64,000 nt of DNA from NCBI RefSeq assembly GCF_018977255.1, contig NW_024704743.1, positions 103,604,001-103,668,000 of the forward strand, in the 5' to 3' direction. Below are positions 1 through 12,752 of the stretch, one piece after another. How positions within the stretch are numbered: the first letter of the stretch is position 1; each line of letters starts with the position of its first letter. The notes under the pieces are model-generated. The model saw nothing but the letters and a program-made list of their open reading frames with translations, did no database searches and had not been told where the DNA came from. A program made the position numbers and the translations under genes. The stretch comes from Callorhinchus milii. Taxonomy: Eukaryota.

Positions 1-480
1 GGGATGTGAAGCAGGCCGGAGCCCTCTGAGTGGAGGGAGCAGCAGGTTGATAGAGGATTAGAAGGTTGCAGAGGTAGGGGGAGCAAGGCCATGGAGGGCT
101 TTAAAGGTGAGGATCAAGATCTTGAACTGTATTCTATGTATGATGGGAAGTCAGAGGGGTCAGGTGAGGATGGGGTTGATAGGGTCTAGGTGCCTGATGC
201 AGGAGAGGACGTGGGCTGCTGAGTTCTGGATGATCTGTAGCCTATGGAGGGAGGAGTTGGGGAGGACAACAAACAGGAGTTTGCGTTGTTGAGCCTGGAT
301 ATTATGAATGCGTGTATGAGAGTCTCGGCAGTCTACGGTGTGAGACAATGGCGGAGTCGGGTGATGTTGCGGAGGTGGGGGAAGGCAGAGCGGGACATGC
401 ACAGATGTGGGGTAGGAAGGAGAGTTGTGGGTCAAACAAGATGCCAAGGTTCCAGACTGGTTTAGTAAGGTGGAATGTGC
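1..480 (-). mobile_element. L2 LINE ORF2 C-terminal relic (runs off window start)
   Basis: Minus-strand translation LPNSSLHRLQIIQNSAAHVL..DPINPIL resembles the L2 'LQLVQNAAAR..HITPVL..LHWLP' region; NLGILFDPQLSF also present; frameshifted. Confidence 0.85.
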
Positions 481-669
481 ATCTTTGGATGGTGATGCTG
501 TAGTTCAGGACATATGTGCATGCGACCGCCAGGAAGGTGGAAGGCAAACTAGATGAACTTTGGTCTTTTTTCATCTAGCATTTCTTATGTACTTAAAAGT
601 TGTTGTTGTTATTGCCTCTATATCAAATGCAATTATTACAAGTGCTTCGTTTCTATGGGTATTGAGGCT

Positions 670-950
670 TTGTTTGCCTTTTCAAGTAGACATTAAAGAT
701 GAGATCTTGTGATCTCTTGGATGTTAAACATCTAACTGGAATAAGAAGAGATTCTACAGCCCTGTCCAACAACTCTCCAGATTAATTGTTCGTTCAACTC
801 ATCGCTCTTTGTGGGACTTTGCGTGTGCAAAATGGCTGTCGCAATTACGTACACAAACAGTCAATACACTTGACGGTAATTACCTTTGAAGTGCTTTAAG
901 ATGGTTCAACATGATAAAATGCTATAAAATTGCAAGTTCTTGCTTTCTTT
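670..950 (+). mobile_element. Old Deu-type SINE, body and 3' tail
   Basis: tgtgggactttgcgtgtgcaaaatggctg core plus tail ending gctataaaattgcaagtt, shared with many copies in the window. Confidence 0.7.
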
Positions 951-1579
951 TAATCTCAGTAGGAACAATTCGATGTTTATGTCCCTTCCTTACTGGTCCA
1001 TCTGGCAGATTCTCAAAGATTGCTGACTGCTGCAGTTGCAAACTTGCCTGCTGGTTCATGCTGATATCAGCCTATTGGTTACTTTGCTGAGTAAACTTAC
1101 TGTTACCAGAAAACTTGCTCTCCCCATTCCCTACTTTTTCTCTTCCATCTGAACAAGTTGTTCCCACCATTATAAGTCACTGTTGTTAGTTTGGTAGAGT
1201 AAGCTCCTGGGACGGTTCAGTAGTACATCTCTCTCAGGAGACCAGCCTGCAGTGCTGGATCTAGGCTTGTCTTGGATATATATATTGTAGGCACTGAAGT
1301 GTGTGTTAATTTCAGTTGATGTAGCATCTTTCATGTCAGGAGAATATCTCAAACTGCTTCACAGGATTTACTGTAAAATATAGTTACTGTATTTTGGAGG
1401 TGATAATAAAGGGAGGAGAAAGAATGTTTAACATATATGTAGGGAGGAGCAAGATAGGGTATTTTCCAGCAGCAATGATCACAAATTCACCAACATTTGT
1501 TGGTAAACTAGAGAAAAACAAGATAGAGTGCAATGGAGCAAGAGATGGCAAAAGGTTCACACTCAGATTACAAACATTT

Positions 1580-2370
1580 TAGAACACATTAGAATATACA
1601 GCACAGAAACAGGCTGTTCGGCCCAACTGGTCTATGCTGTGTTTATGCTCCACATGAGCCTCCACCTGCCTTCCTCAACTAAGCCTTCAAGCATAACCTT
1701 CTATTCCTTTCTACCTCATGTACCTATCTAGCTTTCCCTTAAATACATCTATGCTATTTGCCTCAACAACTCCTTGTGGTAGCATGTTCCACATTCCTAC
1801 TATTCTCTGTGTGAAGAAATTTCTTCTAACTTCCCTATTTGATCTACTTGTGACTATTTTATATTGATGGTCCCTGGTTTTGGTTTTGGTCTCCCCCACA
1901 AATGGGAACATTTTCCCTATGTCTACCCTATCAAAACCTTTCATCATTTTAAAGACCTCTATCAGGTCACTCCTTACCCTCCTCTCTTCAAGAGAAACAA
2001 GTCCAAGCGTAGATATAACCTCTTAGTTCTGGGATAATCTATGTGCATCTCGTTTGCACCCTCTCCAGTGCCTCTACATCCCTTCTATAATGTGGAGACC
2101 AGAACCGTACACAGTGTTCTAAGTGTGGTCTAACCAAGATTCTATAGAAGTTTACCATAACTTCCCTGCTTTTCATTTCTAGCCCTCTAGAAATGAACCC
2201 CAATGCCTGGTTTGCACTTTTTATGGCCTTATTGCATTGCTACTTTTAATGAATTGGTACCCCTAGATCCCTCTACCCCATTTAGGATTTTATTTTCCAG
2301 GATGTATGTGACTTCTTTATTCCTTCTACCAAAATGTACCACCTCACACTTTTCTACATTGAAATGTATT
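1580..2370 (-). mobile_element. CR1 LINE 3' end (ORF2 C-terminus and 3' UTR)
   Basis: Minus ORF 1711-1947 MKGFDRVD..RRNFFTQRIVGMWNMLPQGVVEANSIDVFKGKLDRYM is a typical CR1 ORF2 terminus; short-repeat tail near 1580-1600. Confidence 0.9.
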
Positions 2371-2719
2371 TGTTTTCTTGTACTTTATCTAGGAGTGCAA
2401 GAGAACAACATCAAAATTACATTTGTATAGCACCTTTCACGTCAAGATATTACTAGATATAAAAACACTATCCAGGTCATGAACCTCATAGAAAAGTAAA
2501 ATTTGCTGGGAGGAAAATATGTGCCACAAATATAGTAAAAAATAATTTCTCTAAAGTAGCTGTAGCAGAAGAAGAGATATGAGCAATCCATTCAAAGGAG
2601 AGCGAACTCAAGAACAATAATGGAAGTGGCTATAGGGTGGGAGGACTCCTGCCTACACTGACCTGTTGCTGAGCAGCCTGGAGGCTGAGGCGGCTTCACA
2701 GCAAGTACGTCTATTTGCT

Positions 2720-2797
2720 GAGGGAGAGGGATGGACTGCACATTCCATTCCAACAACCTATCTCTGGGATTTCCATGTGTAGGCTGACCAAAAAAAT
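2720..2797 (+). repeat. Unclassified poly(A)-ended repeat family, 3' fragment
   Basis: ggggatggactgcacattccattccaacaa..ggctgaccaaaaaaa matches the reverse complement of 5800-5875. Confidence 0.6.
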
Positions 2798-3029
2798 AGC
2801 TAGGCATCTGAGCTTGGGGGTGGGAGCCGAAGAGGGGGGAGAGGGGAATGATGCCAAGAAGTAAGTTGAAATGGGCTTTGAACTTGGGGAGAGAGGTGGC
2901 AAGTCAGAGGGACTCCAGGATGGAGTTCCAGTGAACAGACGCAGAATGCCACGAATGAAATGACAAACACTACTGTTCTGATTTCAAAACTTAGGGTAAA
3001 ACTCCCTCTGCTCAGCTAACATTGGGTTG

Positions 3030-3372
3030 CCTCATGTTTCCCGCCTGAACAGCCCCAACATCTGGGGCGAGCTTTCAGCCATTCTGCCTCCACACTGTGG
3101 AACTTTACCCCAGAGTTTCTCTGACTCACCACTTTCCTCCTTACCATTAACTCCTGCCTTGAAACCTATCTTTTCAACTTCACTTTTGGCCACTTTAGCT
3201 CGACCAACCCCCCCAATACCACCTCCCTCCTCCCAACTCATGTTCCTATTCAGCTGTGTGTGTTTGCGGGACATTGCTGTGGGCAAAACTGGCTGGCACG
3301 TCTTGTGAATCACTTTGGGACAACAACCTGACATGAAAGATGGTATACCAAATGCAAGGATTATCATTATTA
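3030..3372 (+). mobile_element. L2 3' end joined to a SINE-type tail
   Basis: gctttcagccattctgcctccacactgtggaact (AFS..P.LWN) followed by the shared tail aaatgcaaggattatcattatt. Confidence 0.65.
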
Positions 3373-4434
3373 TAAATAGAATCTTTTGTTGAAGTTTACA
3401 TAGTCAAAGCATGTTTTGATTTGGGTGAATTTGACATACAAAAGGATCAATTTTTCAGATTGTTATCTACATGAATTAAATGTCAAATATCACATAGGAG
3501 AATTTGTTAAAATCTTAAATAATTTTCAGTTTGACATAAAAACTAAACTATGTTTCTAATAATTACCTTTGGGACTTATTATGTATGATCAATAAGGACA
3601 AGCGGTTGCACGGACCGCAGTGTTGGTTTTGTCAAGTGATTGTAGTGTCATCCACTATTCCATGTGCCTTCAAGGTGTATCTGACTGCTGTGACCCGTTC
3701 TTTTAGCTGTTTAGTATAGTGCCTAGGATGCCCTTTTGACTTCTGTGGTCAGATTGTGACTGTTCTGTCAACCCCACATTCAGTGTTCTCTTTAAGGCTT
3801 TTTGACATTTTGAGTCAAAATGACATGTCAAGCTGACCACTGGCCATTTTTCCTTGGAAGAAGCTTCGTCAATGCTGAACTGCCGGAATGTGTAAGAGGC
3901 ATATTTTTTAGACCTTAAGGCCAATGACAACAATGAAACCCATTTGGACAATATTGTACAGTTAAGGTCATTTATGTTGAAGTTGTTTGACCTCCAAAAT
4001 CTTGTTTACTATTCTTATGGCTCACTATCAATTATCCCCTTTGATATGGAATACATCTATCTGAGCTGGAAGTTGTAACAACAGGGAATCTGTGCTGCAT
4101 TCTTTGATCCTTGCCTGTATTGTTAAACATTCTTTGATCTGCTTTAAACCATCTGTTGGTTTTCTTCATTGCGACGCTTCAAAGACTAACAAAAAGTATT
4201 CCATTTCTGAAAGAGATAATGTTTTTTACTCAGATTGCATTGCTGCTTCTCAGGCAAGCAGATATAGGCAATGAGCTCTGTTAGTCATGCACGACAAGCA
4301 TACTGAAACACTTTGCAAGTTGGCCTGGATGTGTCCGAGAGAGTAGAGAAATAATTCAGTACTGTTAACAAAAGAGGAATGGAATCCCTGAATATATTAA
4401 TAATAATCTGTGCCTTTATTATAGCACCTTATCA

Positions 4435-5205
4435 GCAAACAAACAAACAAATTACATTTGTATAGCGCCTTTCACAACAGGAGTATGCCCCAAGGTGCTG
4501 GACAGTTAGGGAACTGCACCCTAGCTGGTGGTTGGGATCAGGAGGGGTGGAGGGCGGGGAGGGTAGGATAGGAGGGTGACCAAAGGCATGGTCAAAGAGG
4601 AGGTTCTTGAGATGAGTCTTGAAGGAGGCAAGGGAAGGGGCGAGATGGAGGTGCTGTAGTATGGAGTTCCAGAGGGTAGCGGCAGAGAGGCTAAAGACCT
4701 GCCTGCCAATGGTGGGGCGGGTAAGACGGGGGACATGAAGCAGGCTAGAGCCCACTGACCGGAGGGAGCGAGGTTAGGAGATCACAGAGGTAGGCAGGAG
4801 CAAGGCCATGAAGAGCTTTGAAGGTGAGGAGCAGGATCTTGAACTGTATCTTCTGAGTGATGGGAAACCAGTGGAGCTGGGAGAGGATGGGGGTGATAGG
4901 GTTGTGGAGCCTGGTGCAGGAGAGGGCTGCAGAGTTCTAGATGATTTGCAGCCTGCAGAGGGAGGAATTGGGGAGGCCGACAAGCAGGGAATTTGCGTAG
5001 TTTGCCTGGATGTGATGAATGGGTGGATGAGAGTCTTGGTGACCTATGGTGAGAGACAGTGGTGGAGTCGGGCAATGTTGTGGAGGTGAGGAAAGACGGA
5101 GCGGGTCATGGCACGGATATGGGGAATGAAGAAGAGTTGAGGGTCGAACAGGATGCCAAGGGTCTAAATGGGCTCCGTGAGGTGTAAAGGATCCATGAAG
5201 GGTTG
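4435..5205 (-). mobile_element. L2 LINE, 5'-truncated 3' end
   Basis: Minus frames give YANSLLVGLPNSSLCRLQII and VPRLTRPTIGRQVFSLSAATLWNS..SLASFKTHLKNLLFDHAF; tail with (TTTG)n at 4435-4450. Confidence 0.9.
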
Positions 5206-5219
5206 AGACTTGAAAAGGA

Positions 5220-5470
5220 TATACTGTAAAGTGGATTGACTGTGTATTTTGTGGGCAGCAAGTTGCATTGAGCAATATCCCCAAAACAGCCATGGAGTGA
5301 GTGACCAGTTATATTTAGGGATCTTTGGCCAGGACCCCAGGGAGAAAATTCCTTCTGTTTTTGAATAGCACTATGGGATCTATAACATCAACCTGAACAA
5401 GGATACCTGATGAAGGGTTTGATTTTGGCCTCAGAAGTGAGAGTGCTACCAGTTGAGCCAAACTGGTACC
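5220..5470 (-). mobile_element. Old Deu-type SINE (internally deleted)
   Basis: Head gagagtgctaccagttgagcca and central ttgaatagcactatgggatc. Confidence 0.65.
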
Positions 5471-5794
5471 TAACAATCTTTTTTTAACTATAACATCCTA
5501 TTCTACCTTTCCCATCTATGGTGTAGAAACTGTCAGATTGAGTTTATTCATTTATTAATTTTCATTCATTTACATTGTTTTATCTAAGACACTAAAATGT
5601 CATACCCTGGGCTGTCATCTCCAGTACCCTGGAACATTGCTGACCTGAGCTCATCAACTTGAACCCACTCAGCTCCAAAGAGATCTCACTAACTCCTTCA
5701 CACCCCCCAGGAGGATAATCAAGAGCTAGACATTTGATCAGTTATTTTCTTTGATGTCTCCACTCTTAATCTTTCTTCATTCATTCATATCTTT

Positions 5795-6243
5795 GTTGTT
5801 TTTTGGGGGTGAGCCGGGTGTCTGACACTGAAATTACAGAGATGGATTGTTGGAATGAATGTGCAGTCCATCCCCAGAGGGTCTCATCATTCTTACCTAA
5901 TTCCAGAAAGTATTAGGTGCAGGTTAGCAAGAACCAAGGTTTTGGACCCCAGAGTGTGGAGTCTAACCAACTAAAACTCCATAGCTTGCCATTGATATTG
6001 CAAGCTATGATTTAGCAAGCTTTCTCTGCTGCTTTCTCAGCTGAGACCTTTTTTATCGACTATGCCTTTGGTCACTTTCTTCGCCCTCCTCGTGGTTCGG
6101 CCCCGGGATCCATTATTGTGAAGCACTCTGAGACATGGTCTGGCGTGGAGGGCGCTATATAAATCTAAGTTGTTGTTGTTGTTGTTGGAAGGATTCCCTG
6201 CCTCCAGTGACTTGTGTACCCTTTTAGGTTCTGCTGATGAGCA
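5795..6243 (-). repeat. Unclassified poly(A)-ended repeat copy, interrupted by an L2 tail at about 6040-6187
   Basis: 5890-6030 matches 14790-14940; 6188-6243 matches 15395-15450. Confidence 0.65.
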
Positions 6244-7969
6244 ATAAATGTGGTATGTGATAATTATCATCAGTGAAAATTATCACATTGATTTAAAAGA
6301 AGTCCGAACCTAACAATAGCTATTCACAACCCCACATCCCCGTCACATCACAGGAGATAATTATCACAGGTTGATTTCTCCCCCTTTCCCATCCATATTT
6401 TGGATCCCAGGCGAAAACTTAAAAACTTAAGTAACTCTTCAATCTTTCCCTTACTTTGGAATTCAAATATTTATGCTATTCAAAACCAAGTCATTCTCAT
6501 CCATTGTAACTCATACCTTTTAAGTAAGGGTGACATGATACACCATTGGTATGTCTCCCAGCCTGAGGGTATACGCAACCGTAATAGTAAACTCCTTTTT
6601 CAAAGACAGGGGCCGACATTCCTCTAATCATTAAGAATAGAAACTGCATGAGCACCTGACATTCCTGCATACCAAGCGTGGGAAAAGCAGTTCCACTAAT
6701 AAAATTGTAGAAAAAGACACCTGGAGTAATGAGTTTTTCTGCTGGTAAAGTATTTCAATGGTCTGATGGAAAAAACAAATGCATCTAACACAATGATCCA
6801 TGGAATTTTTTATAGGCAATGGCTCGATGCATATTTGCTCAGAACCATTTATTTATTTGTTTATTTAGTCCTTAAGGAGATCCTAAATACGTACACATTT
6901 ATAGAACTGCCAATACTATTTTTGGTAGTGGAGGGCAGCCTCCAAAATGCCAAAGAATCACCAAGCGTGACCGTATAGTAATGACAGACAATGTGAATGT
7001 CATCTCAGCAACATCAGACTGTACAGGAGATCTGCAAGAAACTGCACATCTTGAAGAAAAATGCCAGGTACAATATTAATATTGGTATCCAGTTGGACTA
7101 AATGCTTTCAAACTGAATTTGTATGATTTTATAACAGAATGTTTTGCACCCAACATTTTATTTCCTGCCATTTGTCAGATTTGTGAGTCAAAAGCAAGAT
7201 GGCCTGAAACAAAAGTGATCTTGGTGTTGTGGAGGATTCCAGCCTTTATATATGTGGTGCCATTTCCAACTGGTTATCCATGCTGCAGTATGCTATTAAA
7301 GACTAAGGAGCAAATATCTGATTGGAGCTTTGACCACTGCTCCACAGCAATGGAGGGATTCAGTCAAAGGTTCAAGATGGGGTCACGGCTGATCCTGAAA
7401 CCTCACAAAAGAATATAAATTGGCTTTTATATAGCGCCTTTCACTGGAAGAGGATGTCACAAAACAATTAACGAGACTGTCTTGGTACCCAATGACACTG
7501 TTTGAAGCTTACACAGTACCTGAGGAGATGACCTCCAGCGTGGCATTTGTGGTGTAGTGCACTGAGCATTCACTTAGCATTTATGTCAATGGTTATTCAA
7601 TGTCACGACATGTCCTGAACACATCACAGAAGGTGTCCACTCTAAGAGCATTGAAACCAAAAGAGATGACAAGACCAACTGGTAACTATACACAAACAAC
7701 AGGCCTTACAAGTCCCAAAATACTGAATTTGGCTATGTAGCTGTTCATGATTGCAACTTCATCAAATAGAGAAGTGTTAGGATGCATTCACAGCCTGAAA
7801 GGTAATGTTTCTGACACAGAGAAGAAAAACAAACCAGTTTAGACATGCTCATTATCACACTGTGAAATTAGTAAACTGATTTTTACTTCAGAATATTTTG
7901 TTAATTGTTCCTGAAATAAAGGAGCAAACCAGCAATAAACTAATGGAACAAAATATATGAGTTAAAATA

Positions 7970-8370
7970 TAATAATAATCCTTGCAGTTGATACAGTACT
8001 TTTACCCATTATTGAACATCTCAAAGTGCTTCACCTAATTTTACCGTAAAGTATGGTGACTGTGTCTGTGTAGACAAACACAATAATACAATTTGTAGAC
8101 AGCAATCTCCCTCAAACAGCCATAAAACAATGACTAGTTTACTTGGAGGATTGTTGGTTAGGACACCAGAAGAAACTCCCTTCACTTTTTGAATAGTGCC
8201 ATAGAATCTTTAACGTCCACCTGAATAGGCAGACGGGACCTCAGTTTAACATCTCATCTGAAGGTTGTACTGGACTGTCAACTGCTCAGTGATTTTAAAG
8301 TCCCGACATGGGGCTTGAACCCACAACCATCTGACTTAGAGAGGAGTATTTCCAATTGAGCCAAGCTGAA
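7970..8370 (-). mobile_element. Near full-length old Deu-type SINE
   Basis: Tail aataatccttgca, central gaatagtgccatagaatcttt, head cttgaacccacaacc..ttgagccaagctga. Confidence 0.8.
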
Positions 8371-8794
8371 ACTTTATGTACATGTGAAAGAAAAGGTTAT
8401 TTTTGTATAAGACACTCATATGTAGTAATAAACGTGTACCTGTAAATTAAGTTCCTTTGGATAGCATTATGAGAGTTTGCTTATCGTGTTGGTTTGAGAT
8501 AAAAAAAAGCTCAGTCCATGCAGTACTCCTAACAGCTCAAAATCATAATTAAGTAACTAAACTCACAGCTTTGCATTGATGTAGAGTAATTGGGAGTTGG
8601 TGAGTTAAGAGATAATATAATTATAGATACAAAGCTACAAAAGAGAATCCCGGAAAAGATCCGAAGGAAATGACAACCAGTTAAGTACAGGATTTGACAC
8701 TCCTTTTAAAATTTAAAAAGTCTTAGGGACTAGAAAAACTGAACAAGGCAGATAACTGAAGGCATTGTCTGGGATATTTTCAACAGTTTGAACT

Positions 8795-9250
8795 ACATAG
8801 AATTATATCAGAATGGTATAGCATAGAAACAGGCCATTTAACTCCTCTAGTCTGTGCCAGAGTTTATAATCCAAACAAAGCCTCTGCTTCTCCTAATCCT
8901 CTCTTCTAAACCTCTCTTTTTCCTATTCCCTCATGTATACATCATATTTCCTCTTAAATATGTTCATGCTTTTGGCCTCAACCACAGTTTCAGACAGTGT
9001 TACCATCTTCTGTTTGAAGACGTTCCTCCTAAACTCCCTTTTAGATACGCTACTGACTGTCTGACACGTTTCACCCAAAAACTTTACAGTATACTTTATA
9101 GCATATACTGTGAAGCACTTTGAGACATCTCACAGACGTGATAAGGTGCTATATCAAATGCAAGGATTAGTATTATTATCTTATATTGATGACCCCTTGT
9201 TTTGGACTTGCCAAAAAGTGGAAAAAGTCAATTAAAATCCACCTTATCTG
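8795..9250 (-). mobile_element. CR1 3' end with a nested SINE tail (+ strand, about 9066-9179)
   Basis: gcatagaaacaggccatt CR1 tail; CR1 sequence resumes at cttatattgatgaccccttg after the insert. Confidence 0.7.
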
Positions 9251-9943
9251 GATACAGCAATGGAAACACAGCCTATAGAACCATCCAATTATGTCTGCAC
9301 ACAACTTTTTCTTCCCTTTGCACACAGATATGAATATGGAATGTTGTATACATATGGATGAGGACACATTTTTTACATTTTATTTGATTCCTTCCTCCAC
9401 ATGAGAACATTAGGGCTTTCGGAGATGGGATTCGGAAGGGTCAAGACTCCTGAGGACTATAAACACCAGAATAGATTAGATAGACTGAACGTCCCATGTC
9501 TGTGCTGTAACATACTGTAATTCAATTCAACTTTGAATGGCTCAAATAATAATCATTGCATCTGGTATTTCTCAAATCTTAAATCTATTCAAATCTGAAA
9601 CATAAGGCACAGTTTGTTGTCTGTGTGCAAATGTGTTCACACACTAAATTTCCGTGTACTCCTACTTTGCCCGAGCAAAACAATGAACAATCTTGGATGT
9701 AGATGAAAATAGTTGAAGTATGTGCTGAAGGTGCCTGAGAGTAAATAAACCACACAGTAAAAATGGTAGGTAACATTTTTAAACACTCATGAGAATCAAT
9801 TTAACCTGGGTCTAGATTTACTCTATTCTCTATTTTCAGTGTCCAGAATTTCACCAGTTGTTCAAATCAGTCTCAACACCACCTACAAAAATATAGTCAC
9901 TATATAATAACTGCTGTAAAGAACTAATGTCTAGATGACATGA

Positions 9944-10265
9944 TGAGCACTGGGTTCGATTCCCGGCAGGGCGAAGCGTTGGTCAAATTTCTTTATTCCA
10001 CACGCCTCTGTTTACCTAGCAGTAAGTAGGAACCCAGTTGTTAGTCGATTGGCGGATTGCGTTTCCGGGGGTAATAAATCCTTCAAAAAAAAAATTGTTC
10101 CCTCAATCCACAACTGTTTGTGGGACACTGCTGTGTGCAATTGGCTGCTGAGTTTTGCCCACAAAATATACATTCAATTCACTTTACAGTACATTCTGTG
10201 AAATGCTTTGAGACGTCTCCAAAATGTGATAAGCCGCGATATCAAATACATATATTATTATTATT
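9944..10265 (+). mobile_element. Young tRNA-headed SINE, long variant, 5'-truncated
   Basis: B box gggttcgattcc, internal ctgtttacctagcagtaagtaggaaccc segment, (TTA)n tail. Confidence 0.9.
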
Positions 10266-11269
10266 ACATACAACAATAACTTGCGTTTATATAATGCCCT
10301 TCAGGTGGAGTAGCAACTCGGAGCACTTAAAAATCGCTAAATCAAATGCAAGAATTTATCATTTTAACTTTGAAGTCAATTTCCTGTTATTCCTAAAAGA
10401 AACTAAGCCAGCTCCAAAATGAATACTGAGTTTATGGGGTTTTAATTAGAAATTGCCTGATATTTAACATGTCAGAACCAAGAGCTCATCTAAGGTAATA
10501 AGGAAGCAATAATTCCTGCATTTGGATTTGGTTTTTTCTATACATTTTATTGCTAACAAATGATACTTCCTAGTAAGCACAGATCTTACAGGTTGTATAT
10601 ATGCCCTGCCTCAGTTACCCAATGACTGGAGCTAATGCCAATTAATAGACTAATAATTCCATCATTGTTTTGATCATATGAGAGAAATTCACCTGTAGAC
10701 CTTTAAATCCCAGCTAAATGAGGATGAATTGGTGGTGAAATATCATTGGTGGTGAAATATCAGGCAGAAAAGTTGGTAGAACAACAAAATGAGAGCTCAG
10801 GGATCAAAGAAGGAGATGGACACAAAAAAAACCTAAGACTAACAGGAAATGTAATGAGTTGCAAACCAACACAATGTAATGTCATATCAGAATATGTCAC
10901 AATGTAATGAAGTATTAGAATATTCATCCTGTAACATTGTTATTCAATATTGATCAGACTTGCCAGTTTATTTAGACAGTAATTAAATGCATAGGTATTT
11001 TTCATTTATATAATGAACTGTTCCTCAATGTATTTATTCCGCAGATTATAAAATTGCTATTACAACAACACATCATCAGTAGGGTAAAACTAACCTGTCT
11101 CGCAGTCTAAACCAAGCTCACATTCCATATCAGTGGGTGAAAGATCTAACGCTTATCGAAACCTGCTTTATAATGATAGGAAAAGCATGTATTGAAGGAT
11201 CAAACAGTGATGTTGCTATGAACGCTTGGTTTTATCTGCGTGGTAACTTTTCTGACACATTGAGGTAGA

Positions 11270-11925
11270 GGAGAATAAAAGAATATAGGAGAGAGTAAGG
11301 AATAGGTGTTGACTCGTGTGGAATATAAACACCGGCACAGACTGGTTGGGTCGAGTAGTCCATTTCTATGCTGTATATTCTTTGTAAATCTTTGTAAACC
11401 TCCATCTTGAAAGCCACAAAGCCAGAAGGATATAGAATATATCTAGAGTGGAATTATCTTTGTGCAACAACTGCTCACTATACTTAGAAAGGATTAACTT
11501 TTTCTTTTGGAACAAAGAAGGATAAGGGGAACAAAGAAGGGTGATCTGATAGAAGTCTTTCAAATTTTGAGGGGTTTTGATAGAGTCAATAGGGACACAT
11601 TATTTCCACTAGTCAGTGAGTCAATGGCTAGAGGGCATCAATTTAAGATGATGAGCAAATAGTGAGGTAAGCAGATTTATTTTCACACAAAGAATAGTTA
11701 GAATATGGAATGCCCTGCCAGGAGCGATGGATGGTTGAGGCAGAATTCATATTAGCCTTCAATAGGGAAGCAAATAGTTATCTAAAAAGAAATAAACTAC
11801 TGGGGTATGGAGAGAAGGTAAGTAAAAGGAACTGAAAGGATTGCTCTTTTTAAAAAAAGGATCCAGCACAGACACAATAAATTGAATGTGAACAATAAGC
11901 TGTGCTGTAAATTTCTATGGTTCTG
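11270..11925 (+). mobile_element. CR1 3' fragments (two)
   Basis: agggtgatctgatagaagtctttcaaattttgaggggttttgatagagt (RGDLIEVF.IL.GFDRV), tttcacacaaagaatagttagaatatggaatgccctgcca (FTQRIVRIWNALP). Confidence 0.8.
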
Positions 11926-12547
11926 TGGTTCAAGGACAGATGAGGAATCAAAAATAAAATCAGACTACTGCAGCACAATTATTAAGGTAAACATCATGTG
12001 TTGAAGAGACTGTTGACTTTCTGTTCTGACATTGGTTGAACAGAGGTGTGCCTAAGCAAACCCTCCATTTATCAGAGGTGTATGAGGCAGTGAATGTCTC
12101 TTCCATTGATTGAATCCTGCAGTTACAGACCGTAGCATTCAATGAACTGCAGATGTGATTGCTTTCAAAATATAATCCTGATAAGAAAGTTCTTATGATT
12201 AAACTGTATTTTGCCTACAAATACAATCACTACAATTTATAGTATAGCTTATGAAAATCTTTTGTGACATTTCAACAATGTGATAATGTGTCATGTCAGA
12301 TGCAAAGATCACTATTCTTTACTATTTTGGACGTACAGGAGGATTTATGTAAAATAGTGGGTGTGGAAAAACATTGATTGGGAAATTGTCAATGTAAATC
12401 AGAAAATTCCTCAAGATGTAAAGTGAATTTTGTACAGGAAACACCACATCAACTCACAATAATATGACTCTTTTATCCAGTGATGCAGCCAAGGATAAGA
12501 ACAAAATTTGCTGCAGGCACCTATTGAAGAGACTACTAGTACAAAGA

Positions 12548-12752
12548 ACCATAACATTATTCTAAGGCAATATAACATTATTATGTGACACTATAACATT
12601 ATTATAAGGCACCATAATATTATTATTTAACTGTATAACATTATTACATGAGATGATAACATTATTGTATGATACTACAACTTTATTACAAGGTACTATA
12701 ACATTACTGTAACGCACTATACCATTATAATACAGATGGCACTATAATAACA
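12548..12752. repeat. Degenerate ~21-bp minisatellite (consensus about CTATAACATTATTAYAAGGCA), about 10 units
   Basis: Recurring ataacattatt core at ~21-bp spacing; further units near 12935-12975. Confidence 0.8.

Noticed and set aside
12548..12752. CRISPR-like repeat/spacer appearance
   Set aside because: Eukaryotic context, degenerate core, spacers only 8-9 nt and related to each other, no cas genes
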